Of a DNA stretch of 64,000 bases, positions 44,904 through 56,184 are shown in pieces (positions within the stretch are counted from its first letter, which is position 1; every line of letters begins with the position of its first letter). Both the position numbers and the translations under genes were made by a program. Source of the DNA: an uncultured Chloroflexia bacterium (GTDB taxonomy: Bacteria > Chloroflexota > Limnocylindria > Limnocylindrales > CSP1-4); contig CAWIDI010000006.1 in the NCBI GenBank assembly GCA_963834915.1, positions 11,272 to 75,271 on the forward strand, given 5' to 3'. The notes under the pieces were generated by a model. That model worked only from the letters and a program-made list of their open reading frames with translations. It had not been told where the DNA came from and did no database searches.

Positions 44904-45704
44904 ATGGAGCGCGACTTGCCCAACGGGAGCGATGTTGGCAGCGATCTGGGGCGGGAGTTCGGCGACGAACCGGCGCCCGCCTACCGCGATAGCGCGCCCG
45001 ACTACCTCGCGCCGCTCGACGACACCTCCCCGGTGAGCGGCCACGTGCCGGCGCCCGAGGCGACAGAATCGCCGATGGACTCGCCCGAGCACGACTGGGA
45101 GCGGGCGAAGGAGCTCATCTATCCGGCCTTCCGCCCGGTCGGCACGCTGGGCCTCGACATCGAGTCGCTCGATCGCGACCGCCTCTCGACCCAGGGTGCC
45201 ATCAGCCACGCGCAGCCGCTCCTCGATGTCGGTCCGGCGGGCCTGCCCGTCGTGTACACCCTCGACGCGGGCGCCTTCGACGTCGTCGTCAACGGCGACC
45301 ACCTGCTGTCGTGGGGAGTCGAGCCGGCGGCGATCCAGGAAGCCGCGATGGCCAACCTCGCGCGATGGTCCGCCAGCGCCCCGTGGACCGACGAGATCTC
45401 GGGCGACCGGCGGCTGCTCAGCTCGGACACCGGCGATGGCTGGGACGCGGCCCGGATCCTGCTCCCCGAGGTGGTCGCGCACCTGACCGCCGAGCTGGCA
45501 CCGCAGGGCCGGATCCTCATCGGCCTTCCCGAGCGGCACCTGCTGACCGCGGCCTCGCTCCGCCCGGACGACCCGGAGTTCGTCGGGCTCTTCGCCGACT
45601 TCACGGTCGAGCACTCCGGTGGCGCCGACGAGCCCATCGACCGCCGCGTCTTCGAACTGGTCGATGGCCGCCTCGTCGAGTTCGACGGGGGCGCCGCCGC
45701 CTGA
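44904..45704 (+). CDS. Hypothetical protein
   Basis: Intact 266-aa ORF with coding-like composition, wedged between two crotonase genes. No family recognised. Confidence 0.55.
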   Translation: MERDLPNGSDVGSDLGREFGDEPAPAYRDSAPDYLAPLDDTSPVSGHVPAPEATESPMDSPEHDWERAKELIYPAFRPVGTLGLDIESLDRDRLSTQGAISHAQPLLDVGPAGLPVVYTLDAGAFDVVVNGDHLLSWGVEPAAIQEAAMANLARWSASAPWTDEISGDRRLLSSDTGDGWDAARILLPEVVAHLTAELAPQGRILIGLPERHLLTAASLRPDDPEFVGLFADFTVEHSGGADEPIDRRVFELVDGRLVEFDGGAAA

Positions 45705-46510
45705 TGGCGGCCCAGGGCGGGGGGATGCCGGCCTTCGAGACGCTGCGCGTCGAGGTCGCCGATGCCGTCGCGCTCGTCACCCTCGACCGTCCCGCCGCGC
45801 TCAATGCGCTGACCGTCGGACTCAAGCGGGAGCTGCTGGCGGCCTTCCGGTCGATCGCGCGCGACCGCTCGATCCGCGCGGTCGTGCTGACCGGTGCCGG
45901 CCGGGCCTTTTGCGCTGGCCAGGACCTCAGGGAGCGGCAGGAGCCGGACGCGGCGCCGCTCGCGGTCGAGCTGCGCGAGCGCTACAACCCGATCATCCGC
46001 GCGATGCGCGCGCTCGACCAGCCGATCGTCGGGGCGATCAACGGCGTGGCCGCCGGAGCCGGCGCGTCGCTCGCGTTCGCCTGCGACATCCGGGTCGCTG
46101 CGACCGAGGCGAGCTTCCTGCTGGCGTTCGGGCGGATCGGGCTGGTGCCCGACAGCGGCGCGACCTGGCTGCTGCCGCGACTGGTCGGCGGCGCCAAGGC
46201 CGCCGAGCTGGCCCTGACCACGGACCCGTTCTCGGCGGCCGACGCCGAGCGGTTCGGGCTGGTCGCGGCGGTCGTGCCCGCGGACGAGGTCGTCGAGGCG
46301 GCCCGCACGATCGCGGTCCGGCTCGCGGGCCTGGCGCCGGGCGCCCTCGCCTCCACGAAGCACGCCCTGGACCGTGCCTGGGAGATCGATCTTGACCGGG
46401 CGCTCGAGGAGGAGGCCTACCGCCAGGGAGTGGCCGGTGCGAGCGCGGACCACGCCGAGGGGATGGCCGCGTTCCTCGAGAAGCGGCCGCCTCGGTTCAC
46501 CGGGGAGTAG
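45704..46510 (+). CDS. paaG: Enoyl-CoA hydratase/isomerase, PaaG-like
   Basis: VTLDRPAALNAL, LTGAGRAFCAGQDL and GVAAGAGASLAFACD. The ATG at 45704 overlaps the upstream stop. Confidence 0.7.
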   Translation: MAAQGGGMPAFETLRVEVADAVALVTLDRPAALNALTVGLKRELLAAFRSIARDRSIRAVVLTGAGRAFCAGQDLRERQEPDAAPLAVELRERYNPIIRAMRALDQPIVGAINGVAAGAGASLAFACDIRVAATEASFLLAFGRIGLVPDSGATWLLPRLVGGAKAAELALTTDPFSAADAERFGLVAAVVPADEVVEAARTIAVRLAGLAPGALASTKHALDRAWEIDLDRALEEEAYRQGVAGASADHAEGMAAFLEKRPPRFTGE

Positions 46511-46745
46511 CCCGCCGCGGTTCGCCAGGGAGTTCCCGCCGGGCGCCTCGGACCGTCGCGGGCTCACCCACGGGGAGTGCCTCGGACGCCTCGTTCCGCC
46601 CAGGGTGAACAACGAGCCGGTGAACCGCCGCGAGGGATCCATCTACGACCGCAAATGGAGCCTTCTGTTCGCTGCAGGCGAACGGAACCGCTCCAAGCAT
46701 CGCCCCGGCTCCCGATCCGGCTTGTTCAGCCTGCTTTCGTTCACC

Positions 46746-46830
46746 GACCGCGAACAGGGTCGACGACCGAATGACCGTGAACGCCGGCCGAGGACCGCAA
46801 CGACCGCGAACGCCGGCCGACGACCGCAGT
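46746..46830. repeat. Three imperfect ~28-nt direct repeats in the paaG / TetR gap
   Basis: GACCGCGAACAGGGTCGACGACCGAAT / GACCGTGAACGCCGGCCGAGGACCGCAAC / GACCGCGAACGCCGGCCGACGACCGCAGT. Confidence 0.7.
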
Positions 46831-46902
46831 GGGCACCACCCCACCCAGCCCCGCGCCGATCCTCACCCTTGTCCCGGTTCGGCCGATGCCGTAGGCTGCG
46901 GC

Positions 46903-46916
46903 CTAACAAGCGTTAG
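46903..46916. promoter_or_regulatory. Palindromic candidate TetR (PaaR-type) operator
   Basis: CTAACA-AG-CGTTAG lies immediately upstream of AGGAGG (46919-46924) and GTG 46934. Confidence 0.5.
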
Positions 46917-46933
46917 TTAGGAGGTCGCCGGCC

Positions 46934-47545
46934 GTGGTCGAAACCACCCGTCGACGCGAGATCGAGGCCGCCGCGAGCACTCTGTTCCGGGAGCGCGGCT
47001 ACTCGGGGACCAGCGTTCGCGACATCGCCCGTGCCCTGGACATCCAGGGTGCCAGTCTCTATGCGCACGTCACCTCGAAGGAAGAGGTGCTGTGGTCGAT
47101 CGTCGAGCGGACGGCGACCCGCTTCGAAGCCGCCGCCGACGCCGCGACGGAGGGCATCGACGCCGACGACGCCGCGGGCCGCCTCGACGCGCTGGTGCGC
47201 GCCCATATCGACGTGGTCACCGAAGACGTCGAGCGCGCGAGCGTCTTCGTCCACGAATGGCGGTCGCTGGCGAGCGGCAAGCGGACCAGCATCTCGCGGC
47301 GGCGCGACGCGTACGAGGCGCGGTTCCGCTCCGTGGTCGAGCGGGGCGTCGCGACAGCCGACTTCGCGGCCGTCGATGCCATCGTGGCCGCGGCCTTCAT
47401 CCTGACCGCTCTCAACGGCCTGGTGGCCTGGTATCAGCCGGGCGGCCGGCTGCGCCCGGCCGAGATCGCCGACACGTACGCAGGGCTGGCGCTGGGTGCG
47501 GTCGGCGCGCCGGCCCGATCCCGGCCCGAGGGAGCGGCCGGATGA
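46934..47545 (+). CDS. TetR-family regulator (PaaR-like by position)
   Basis: HTH RREIEAAASTLFRERGYSGTSVRDIARALDIQGASLYAHV. Its stop overlaps the paaA ATG. Confidence 0.85.
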   Translation: MVETTRRREIEAAASTLFRERGYSGTSVRDIARALDIQGASLYAHVTSKEEVLWSIVERTATRFEAAADAATEGIDADDAAGRLDALVRAHIDVVTEDVERASVFVHEWRSLASGKRTSISRRRDAYEARFRSVVERGVATADFAAVDAIVAAAFILTALNGLVAWYQPGGRLRPAEIADTYAGLALGAVGAPARSRPEGAAG

Positions 47546-48529
47546 CCGACCCCCTGGCCCTCGATCCCATCCTGTCGCCACGCGAGCGGAGCAGCCCGGC
47601 GTCCAACGCCGAACTGCCGCATGACGAGCGGTTCGCGCTGTTCGAGGCGCATGTCGCGGACGGCGGCTCGGTCGAGGCCACCGACTGGATGCCCGACGAG
47701 TACCGGACCGCCGTGCTGCGCTTCGTCGAGATGCACGCGAACTCGGAGCTGATGGGCGTCCTCCCCGAGCGCGAGTGGCTCATGCGCGCGCCGACCCTGC
47801 GCCGGAAGCTGGCCCTCACGGCGAAGGTGCAGGACGAAGTGGGCCACGCCCAGCTCCTGTACCGGATCGCGGAAGACCTCGGCAAGCCGCGGGAGGCGAT
47901 GTTCGACGACCTGCTGGCGGGCAAGACCAAGTTCCACAACGTCTTCCACTACCCGACGACCGGCTGGGCCGATGTCGGGATGATCGCCTGGCTCGTGGAC
48001 GCCGCCGCGATCGTCGCCCAGCAAGCGCTGCGCGACTCGTCGTACGCGCCGTACGCCCGCACGATGCGCAAGATCTGTTGGGAGGAATCGGTCCACATCA
48101 TGCATGGGCGCGACGTGGTGGTGACGATGGTCACCGGGACGGCCGCCCAGCGCGCCGCGATCCAGGACGCGCTCGACCGCTGGTGGGGGCCGCTGATGCA
48201 GATGCACGGTCCGCGCTCGCCGCGCGAGACCGACCGCGACCTCCATTGGCGGATCAAAGCCAAGACGTCAGAGGAGCTGCGCCAGGAGTTCCTGACCATC
48301 TACGTGCCGCGCATCCGCGAGCTCGGGCTGGTCGATCCCCGATCCGGACCTGCGGTTCGACGACGCGACCGGCAGCTGGGTCTATGGCGAGCCCGACTGG
48401 GCGGAGCTGCGGACCGTCGTGACCAACCACGGACCGATGTCGGAGGCGCGGCTCGAGTTCCGCCGCCTCGCCCGGGCCGAGACGCGCTGGGTCCGCGACG
48501 CGATCCTGGCGGCGCCGCGGGCGGCATGA
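47542..48529 (+). CDS. paaA: 1,2-phenylacetyl-CoA epoxidase subunit A (1 apparent frameshift near 48336 in a CCCC run)
   Basis: EMHANSELMG, QDEVGHAQLLY and CWEESVHIMHG (di-iron ligands). After ..ELGLVD the true frame reads PDPDLRFDDATGSWVYGEPDW...AAPRAA*. Confidence 0.88.
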
Positions 48530-48864
48530 CGCGCAAGCAGCCGCGGGGGGACTCCACCCTCGAGCCCTGGGAGGTCTTCCGCCGCGAGAAGGAAGGCGAC
48601 GCGATGCGCCACGGCGGCAGCGTGATGGCCCCCGACGCCGTCCTCGCGACCCATTACGCCCGCGAGCTGTTCGGCCGCCGCCAGGAGAGCGTCCGGCTCT
48701 GGGTCGTCCGCCGGGCCGACATCGTCGATCTCGCGGACCCCGACCTGCTCCAGCCCCCGCTCGACCGCTCCTTCAAGAAGCCGGGCGGATACGTGATGCG
48801 CGACAAGCTCGCCGCCGCGCGCGAGGCCGCGGGACAGGCCAAGCCGAAGGCGCGCTCCAAGTGA
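48526..48864 (+). CDS. paaB: 1,2-phenylacetyl-CoA epoxidase subunit B
   Basis: MTRKQPRGDSTLEPWEVFRREKEGDAMRHGGSV...LWVVRRADI. ATGA overlap with paaA. Confidence 0.85.
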   Translation: MTRKQPRGDSTLEPWEVFRREKEGDAMRHGGSVMAPDAVLATHYARELFGRRQESVRLWVVRRADIVDLADPDLLQPPLDRSFKKPGGYVMRDKLAAAREAAGQAKPKARSK

Positions 48865-49637
48865 GCATCGCGGCGCAACCCGGCACGGGGGTCGACCTGG
48901 GCCTCGAGTCGCTGCTGCGCTCGATGGCCGACGACGAGTTCGTCATCGGCTACAGCGATTCCGAGTGGACCGGCATCGCGCCGATCCTCGAGGAGGACAT
49001 CGCGATGAGCTCACTGTCGCAGGACGAGCTCGGTCATGCCGCCGCCCTGTACGGGCTGCTCGCCGGGCTGACCGGCAGCGACCCCGACGCGCTCGCCTAC
49101 GACCGCGAGCCCGACGCCTACCGCCACGCCCGGCTGCTGGACCACGGCCGCGGCGACTGGGCGATGACGATCGCCCGCCGCTACCTCTACGAGACCGCCG
49201 ATGCCGTCCGGCTCGCGGCGCTCGCCGGCGGGTCCTGGACGCCGCTGGTCGACCTCGTCGGCAAGATGATCCGCGAGGAGCGCTATCACCGGATGCACAT
49301 CGACACCTGGCTGGACCGGCTCGCCTCGGACGACGGGGAGGCGCGGGTCCGCCTCATGGCGGCGTTCGAGACGCTCGCACCGGATGCTGCCACGGTCTTC
49401 ACGCCACTCCCCGGGGAGCCGGCACTGGTCGAGGCGGGGGTCCTCGCCCTCCCCATGCGCGAGCTCGAGACGGTCTGGCGCGAGGCGATCACTCCCACGC
49501 TGCGCGGTCTCGGTCTGGCGCCACTCCCCGTCGAGCCGGCACCGGCCGACGGCCGCGAGGGCCACGGCGCGGCGTTCGAGTGGCTCTGGAGCGAGTTCAC
49601 GATGGTTCGCGCCTCGGACCCGGGGGCGACCTGGTGA
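48861..49637 (+). CDS. paaC: 1,2-phenylacetyl-CoA epoxidase subunit C
   Basis: [38 protein letters not shown] and EERYHRMH. Intact 258 aa. Confidence 0.85.
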   Translation: MSIAAQPGTGVDLGLESLLRSMADDEFVIGYSDSEWTGIAPILEEDIAMSSLSQDELGHAAALYGLLAGLTGSDPDALAYDREPDAYRHARLLDHGRGDWAMTIARRYLYETADAVRLAALAGGSWTPLVDLVGKMIREERYHRMHIDTWLDRLASDDGEARVRLMAAFETLAPDAATVFTPLPGEPALVEAGVLALPMRELETVWREAITPTLRGLGLAPLPVEPAPADGREGHGAAFEWLWSEFTMVRASDPGATW

Positions 49638-50179
49638 GCGAGGGCGGGATCCACCTGGCGGTCGCGCGGGCACGCGCCGGTCTTGCGCCGGGACCGGCGT
49701 CCCAGCCCGATCTCGCGGCCCAGCCCGACCGCGCGACCGTCCTCGCCACGCTCGCGGAGGTCGTCGACCCGGAGCTGCCGATGGTCTCGATCGTGGACCT
49801 CGGCATGGTCGGCCGGGTCGAGGTCGCCGCGTCGGCGATCCGGGTCGAGCTGCTGCCGACCTTCATCGGCTGCCCCGCCATCGAGCTGATCCGAGCCGCT
49901 GTCATCGAGCGCCTCGCGCCGATGGCCGTCGAGGGCCGGGCGGTCGAGGTGGTCGCCAGCTTCGCCGAGCCGTGGACCAGCGAGCGGATCACGCCCGACG
50001 GGCTCGCGGCCCTGGCGCGGGCCGGCATCGCTCCGCCGACCGCGCCGGCCGACGTGCGCTGCCCGCACTGCGGGGACGGCCGGGTCGTGATGGACAGCGC
50101 GTTCGGGCCGACGCAGTGCCGCTCGCTGTTCTTCTGCCGGGCCTGCCGCCAGCCGTTCGAAGCGATCAAGCCGATCTGA
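49634..50179 (+). CDS. paaD: Phenylacetate-CoA oxygenase subunit PaaD (PaaJ in some nomenclatures)
   Basis: [26 protein letters not shown] and a C-terminal Cys pair CPHCG...[12 protein letters not shown] 49634 overlaps the paaC stop. Confidence 0.85.
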   Translation: MSEGGIHLAVARARAGLAPGPASQPDLAAQPDRATVLATLAEVVDPELPMVSIVDLGMVGRVEVAASAIRVELLPTFIGCPAIELIRAAVIERLAPMAVEGRAVEVVASFAEPWTSERITPDGLAALARAGIAPPTAPADVRCPHCGDGRVVMDSAFGPTQCRSLFFCRACRQPFEAIKPI

Positions 50180-50181
50180 CC

Positions 50182-51285
50182 GTGGGCGCCACGTCGTCGG
50201 CCACGGTCGGCATCGTCGGGGCCGGGCGGATGGGCTCCGGGATCGCGCAGGTCGCGCTCGAATCCGGCGATCTCGTGCTCCTCGAGGACGCGGACGCGGC
50301 CGCGCTCGAGCGGGGAGCCGCGGCGATCCGGGCCGGGCTCGGCCGCCGCGCGGCGCGGCTCGAGCTCGATGCCGACTCGATCGACGACTGGATCGACGGT
50401 CGCCTGGGACGGCTCCGGCGCACGACCTCGCTCGGCGACCTCGCAAGCGCGGACCTGGTCATCGAAGCGGCGATCGAGGACCTCGAGGTCAAGCGCGCGA
50501 TCGCCGCCGAGCTCGACGCGATGCAGGCGCCCGACGCCATCGTGGCGACCAACACCAGCGCCCTGTCCGTCGCCGCCATCGCCGCCGCGACGGCGCACCC
50601 GGAGCGCCTCATCGGGCTGCACTTCTTCAACCCGGCCCCGCTGATGGCGCTGGTCGAGGTCGTCGCGACGCCGACGACGGACGACGCGGTCGTGGCCCGG
50701 GCGATGGCCCGCATGACGGCCTGGGGCAAGACCCCGGTCCGTGCCGCGGACACGCCAGGGTTCATCGTCAACCGCGTCAACCGGCCGTTCACGATCGAGG
50801 CGCTGCGGATGCTCGAGACCGCGGACGCGTCGGTCGAGGCGATCGATGGCGCGCTGCGCAGCGCCGGCGTTCCCGATGGGGCCGTTCGAGCTGATGGACC
50901 TGACCGGCATCGACGTGTCCTTCGCGGCGGCCCGGAGCATCTGGGATGGCCTCGGTCGCCCGGACCGAGCTGCGGCCGTCACCGATCCAGGAGCGACTCG
51001 TGGCGCGAGGGTCGTCTCGGGCGCTCGACCGGTGCCGGCTTCTATGGATACGCGGACGGGATCCGCGGGCTCGTCGACCCGGCGTTCGCGGGCGGGAACG
51101 ACCGCCTGGGCTGCGGACGCGATCGCCATGCGCATCCTCGCCGCGATCGAAGCGGAGGCGCGACGAGCGGTCGCCGAGGGTGTCGCCACCGAACCGGACG
51201 TCGACCTGGCGCTGCGGCTCGGGGCGGGCCATCCCGTCGGTCCGTTCGAACGGGCTCGCGGGTCGACGCGCGCTACCATCGGCGG

Positions 51286-51289
<4 letters not shown>
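50182..51289 (+). pseudogene. paaH: 3-hydroxyacyl-CoA dehydrogenase (PaaH-like); 4 successive frame breaks in the C-terminal domain
   Basis: [42 protein letters not shown] and PGFIVNR are in frame 1. [16 protein letters not shown] is in frame 2, [15 protein letters not shown] in frame 3, [13 protein letters not shown] in frame 1, and [25 protein letters not shown] in frame 2. Confidence 0.8.
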
Positions 51290-52516
<1,227 letters not shown>

Positions 52517-52588
52517 GGCCGCCCGGCGGCCCGCAGCGGGCACTCCGGCCCCCGGACCCGGGCGGTCACCATGCGCGATCTCGGGGTC

Positions 52589-52745
52589 CCATATGCACGT
52601 CTCCGGCGGAAGGCTTCCCGATCCGATATGCACTCGGATGCATATGCCGACGGATGCATATGCCGATGGCGCTCTGCGCGGCCGCACACGCAAATGAATA
52701 TGCAGCCGACATGCATACGCCCGGAAGGACGCCGCCCGGGCGTGG
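52589..52745. repeat. Dispersed AT-rich intergenic element, copy D
   Basis: CCATATGCACG...CGATATGCACTCGGATGCATATGCCGACGGATGCATATGCC...TGAATATGCAGCCGACATGCATACG, then hairpin ACGCCCGG-N11-CCGGGCGT (52717-52743). Confidence 0.7.
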
Positions 52746-52835
52746 CAATACAGGCAGGTTCGGCGCGGCGACGGTTCGGCGCGGCGACGTCGGCGCGGCG
52801 ACGGCCAAGCTCCGGGCGGCGTCACCGCCGCGGCG

Positions 52836-53774
52836 TCACCATCCGGGCGCCTCAAGCGCCCGAGCGCCGGCCCCGGCGCGCTGCCGGCGTCGGCCGATCA
52901 GCCAAGCGACCAGCGCGACCAGCAGCCCCACGGTCGCCAGCAGCGCGGACTGGACGACCAGCAAGCCCAGGAACGCGTCGTACACCTCGCTCGCGGCCAG
53001 ACGCCCGGTCTCGTCGTTGGGGATCGCCGCTACGTACCGGCCAGCCAGCCAGATCAGCAGGATCGTGAGGAGCCCGGCGAAGGCGAGGGCGATCCCGAGG
53101 ATCCGCAGCGCCCGCAGCCGTCGATGGGCGAGGAGCAGGATCAGCAGCGCGACCGCGACCGCGGCGATCGGCAGGACGAGCTGCAGGGCCTGGAGCGTGT
53201 CAAGCGTCTGCTGGAACGCGGGCAGTGCCGGCACCGATGCCACGACGAACGGCGACGTCAGCCGACCGCCGGTGGCCGCAACGAGAACGGCGATCCGCCC
53301 GTCGGTGGCCTCCGCGATGCGGGCGACGAGCACCGTCGGGTCGAGGATGATGTCCGACCCACGGATCGTGACGCTGCCATCCCCTCGCTCCCCGGGCCGG
53401 AGGATGACGCGATGGATCGAGACGATCACCTCGTCCCGTGCCGCCCGGACCTGCGGGTTCGCGAACGCGACCCGCACGCGTGTCGCCAGCGCCGCCCGGA
53501 CCGCCGCCGCATCGACCGGCGCCGCTATCCCGAGGACTTGCGTCCCGAGTTGCTCCACTGCTGCCGGCGCCAGCGCCAGCCGATCGACGATCGCGTCCGC
53601 GACGGCCGCTGCGACCGCACGTTCGAGGGCCGGGCTGTCGAGCGTCCGGGTCACGGTCGTCGTGAAGGCCTGATCGTCGAGGACCGCGCGCAGCGCCCAG
53701 GTCGACGCGTTCGTGATGACGAGGACCGGCAGGAGGACGACGAGCAGCAGCGCGGCCAGCAGCGTCCGGGGCAT
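52836..53774 (-). CDS. Hypothetical integral membrane protein
   Basis: Intact 312 aa with an N-terminal TM ([16 protein letters not shown]) and about 3 C-terminal TM helices. No family recognised. Confidence 0.6.
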   Translation of the reverse strand: MPRTLLAALLLVVLLPVLVITNASTWALRAVLDDQAFTTTVTRTLDSPALERAVAAAVADAIVDRLALAPAAVEQLGTQVLGIAAPVDAAAVRAALATRVRVAFANPQVRAARDEVIVSIHRVILRPGERGDGSVTIRGSDIILDPTVLVARIAEATDGRIAVLVAATGGRLTSPFVVASVPALPAFQQTLDTLQALQLVLPIAAVAVALLILLLAHRRLRALRILGIALAFAGLLTILLIWLAGRYVAAIPNDETGRLAASEVYDAFLGLLVVQSALLATVGLLVALVAWLIGRRRQRAGAGARALEAPGW

Positions 53775-53907
53775 GCGCGCCAGTCTATCGGGGAGTTTCG
53801 GCGCGGGTGCTTGTCGAAACCGGTTGACGTGCGTACGATGGGCCGGACGCCAAGAGAGCCGGGCACGCCGGCAGACCCGACGGCGACATCATCGAGGACC
53901 TGCCCGC

Positions 53908-54307
53908 ATGATCGACCAGCAGACGACGATCGACCCTCAGACGACGGTCGTGTCGCTCACCGATGCCGCGGTCTCGAAGCTCCAGGAGCTGACGGCCGCC
54001 GAGACGAATCCGGCGATCGGCCTGCGGGTCTACGTCTATTCCGGCGGCTGCTCCGGCTTCCGCTACGGGATGATGCTCGAGGACGCGCCGACCCCCGAAG
54101 ACCGCATCCTCGACTCGAACGGGATCAAGGTCTACGTCGACGACGGCAGCGTGAAGCTCCTGACAGGGCGCGGAGATCGATTACGTCGACACGCTCATGG
54201 GTGCCGGCTTCACGGTCAACAACCCGAACGCGGTCGCGGCCTGCGGCTGCGGCTCCAGCTTCCGGACAGCGGACGATGCCGGGACCGCCCGGTCCTGCGC
54301 CCACTGA
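53908..54307 (+). CDS. HesB/IscA/ErpA-type Fe-S cluster insertion protein (1 apparent frameshift near 54165)
   Basis: [29 protein letters not shown]. After ..SVKLL the true frame reads [32 protein letters not shown]...*, with the stop at 54305-54307. Confidence 0.8.
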
Positions 54308-54319
54308 CCACCGCCTTGC

Positions 54320-54339
54320 GCGGCGCCGAGGGGCGCCGC
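54320..54339 (+). terminator. GC hairpin after the erpA-like gene
   Basis: GCGGCGCC-gagg-GGCGCCGC gives a perfect 8-bp stem. There is no U-tract. Confidence 0.4.
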
Positions 54340-54378
54340 TGACCCTCGACTGATGCGATGGACCCGCCGGGCGACCGG

Positions 54379-54416
54379 CGGGTTCGTTCGTGCGTGGCGG
54401 GTTCGTTCGTGCGTGG
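54379..54416. repeat. Perfect tandem duplication of 19 nt
   Basis: CGGGTTCGTTCGTGCGTGG x2, upstream of the GGDEF gene. Confidence 0.9.
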
Positions 54417-54461
54417 CGCGATCGTCGGACCATCGCGCCGCGGCGCCGGTACTGTCGACCC

Positions 54462-56095
54462 ATGGGGCGGGCCGGCCCGCTCCCCGACGCTAGCGGTGGT
54501 ACGGACTTGGCCACCGAACGACGCTCCACGCCCCGCACCCCTCTTTGGGCGGCATATTTCGCGCTCGGGGCGCTGGCGGTCGCCATCCACCAACTGGCCT
54601 TCGAGAGCGGCAGCCTCCAGCAGAGCTGGTTCTACGACATCATCGGCGGCTCGGCCGTGCTGGTCGCCTTCATCGCGATCGCATGGTTCCGGCCCGAGCG
54701 CCGGCTCCCGTGGTGGCTCATGGCCACCGGACAGGCGCTCTTCGTGGCCGGCGACATCGTGTGGAACTGGTACGAGACGATCGGCGAGTCGCCGTTCCCG
54801 TCCACGGCCGACATCCTCTACCTCGCCGGCTACCCATTCATCGCGGTCGGACTGCTGCTGCTCATCCGCCGTCGCCTGGGCGACGGGGACCGGGGCGGCC
54901 TCCTCGACGCCGCGATCCTCACCACCGGCGTCGCCATCCTGTCCTGGACCTTCTTCATCCGGCCGCTGACCATCGACACCGAGCTTGATGCGCTCTCGAT
55001 GGCGATCAGCCTGGCCTATCCGATCGCCGACCTCATCCTCATCGGCGTCGCGATGGGGCTGCTCACGACGCCCGGTGCGCGCACGCCGGCCTTCCGGATG
55101 CTCGGCCTCAGCCTCGTGGCGCTGCTCGTCGCGGACCAGATCTACGCGTTCCAGAACCTCGACGAGTCCTACGTCGCCGGCGGCCCGCTCGACAGCCTCT
55201 ATCTGATCGCCTACGTGCTGTTCGGGACCGCGGTCGCCCACCCCTCGATGCGGCGGCTGACGGATCCGTCGCCGGTGTCGGTGACGTGGCTCGGGCCGAT
55301 GCGGCTCATCTGCCTGGCGGCCGCGATGGTGACCGGGCCGATCCTGGTCACCATCGGCCCCGATGCCGACGGCGGCCTGGCGGTGATCGCGGGCGGGACC
55401 GCGCTCCTCTCCCTGCTCGTCCTGGCACGCCTGTACGGGCTGGTCGGGTCCTGAACCGCGACGTGGCCAAGCGGCAGGCCCTCGAGACCCAGCTGAGCTA
55501 TCAGGCGTTCCATGACCCGCTGACCGGCCTCGCCAACCGGCGACGCTTCGTGGACCAGGCCGAAGCCGGCATCGGCCGTCGGGAGCGCGTCGGATCGCTG
55601 GCCGCCCTCTTCGTGGACCTCGATGACTTCAAGACCGTCAACGACAGCCTCGGCCATGCGGCCGGCGACGAGCTCCTCGTCGCCGTGGCCGCGCGGATCC
55701 GGGATGGCTTGCGGACCACGGACCTCGCCGCGCGCCTTGGGGGCGACGAGTTCGGCGTGCTGCTGTTCGGCATCCCCGACGTCGCCTACGCCACGGTCGT
55801 CGCCGAGCGCCTCCTGGCAGGGATCTCGGCCCCGCTCACGATCGGCGCCACGCAAGTCCACGTCAACGCCAGCATCGGCGTCGCCGTGGACTCGGCGTCC
55901 ATGCAGAGCGTCGACGACCTGTTGAGCGACGCCGACGTGGCCATGTACCAGGCGAAGGCCCTGGGCAAGGGCCGCCACCACGTCTTCGACGGCAACCCGC
56001 ACGGCCGCGCCGCTGACACGATGCGGTCCACCGATCACCGGACCGTCCGCCGTCCCGCCGTCAGGCCACCGCGGCTGGAGCCCGAGGTCGGCTAG
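54462..56095 (+). CDS. Membrane-sensor diguanylate cyclase (multi-TM N-domain + GGDEF) (1 apparent frameshift near 55447)
   Basis: About 9 TM helices lie in ORF 54390..55454. LNRDVAKRQALETQLSYQAFHDPLTGLANRR...RLGGDEFGVLL...MYQAK lies in ORF 55286..56095. The start could be 54390 or 54462. Confidence 0.8.
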
Positions 56096-56184
56096 GACCC
56101 GGCCATCGGACTAGACTCGGTACGGCGGCGACAGCGTCATGGCCGCTCCTGCGCAGGTCCCGGTCCGATGAGGATCCCGGTCCG

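Noticed and set aside
48320-48350. Programmed ribosomal frameshifting or transcriptional slippage as the explanation for the frame hops in paaA, paaH and the other genes.
   Set aside because: I saw no slippery heptamer plus downstream structure. The sites are heterogeneous and occur in genes never known to use recoding. Indel error or mutation is far more parsimonious.
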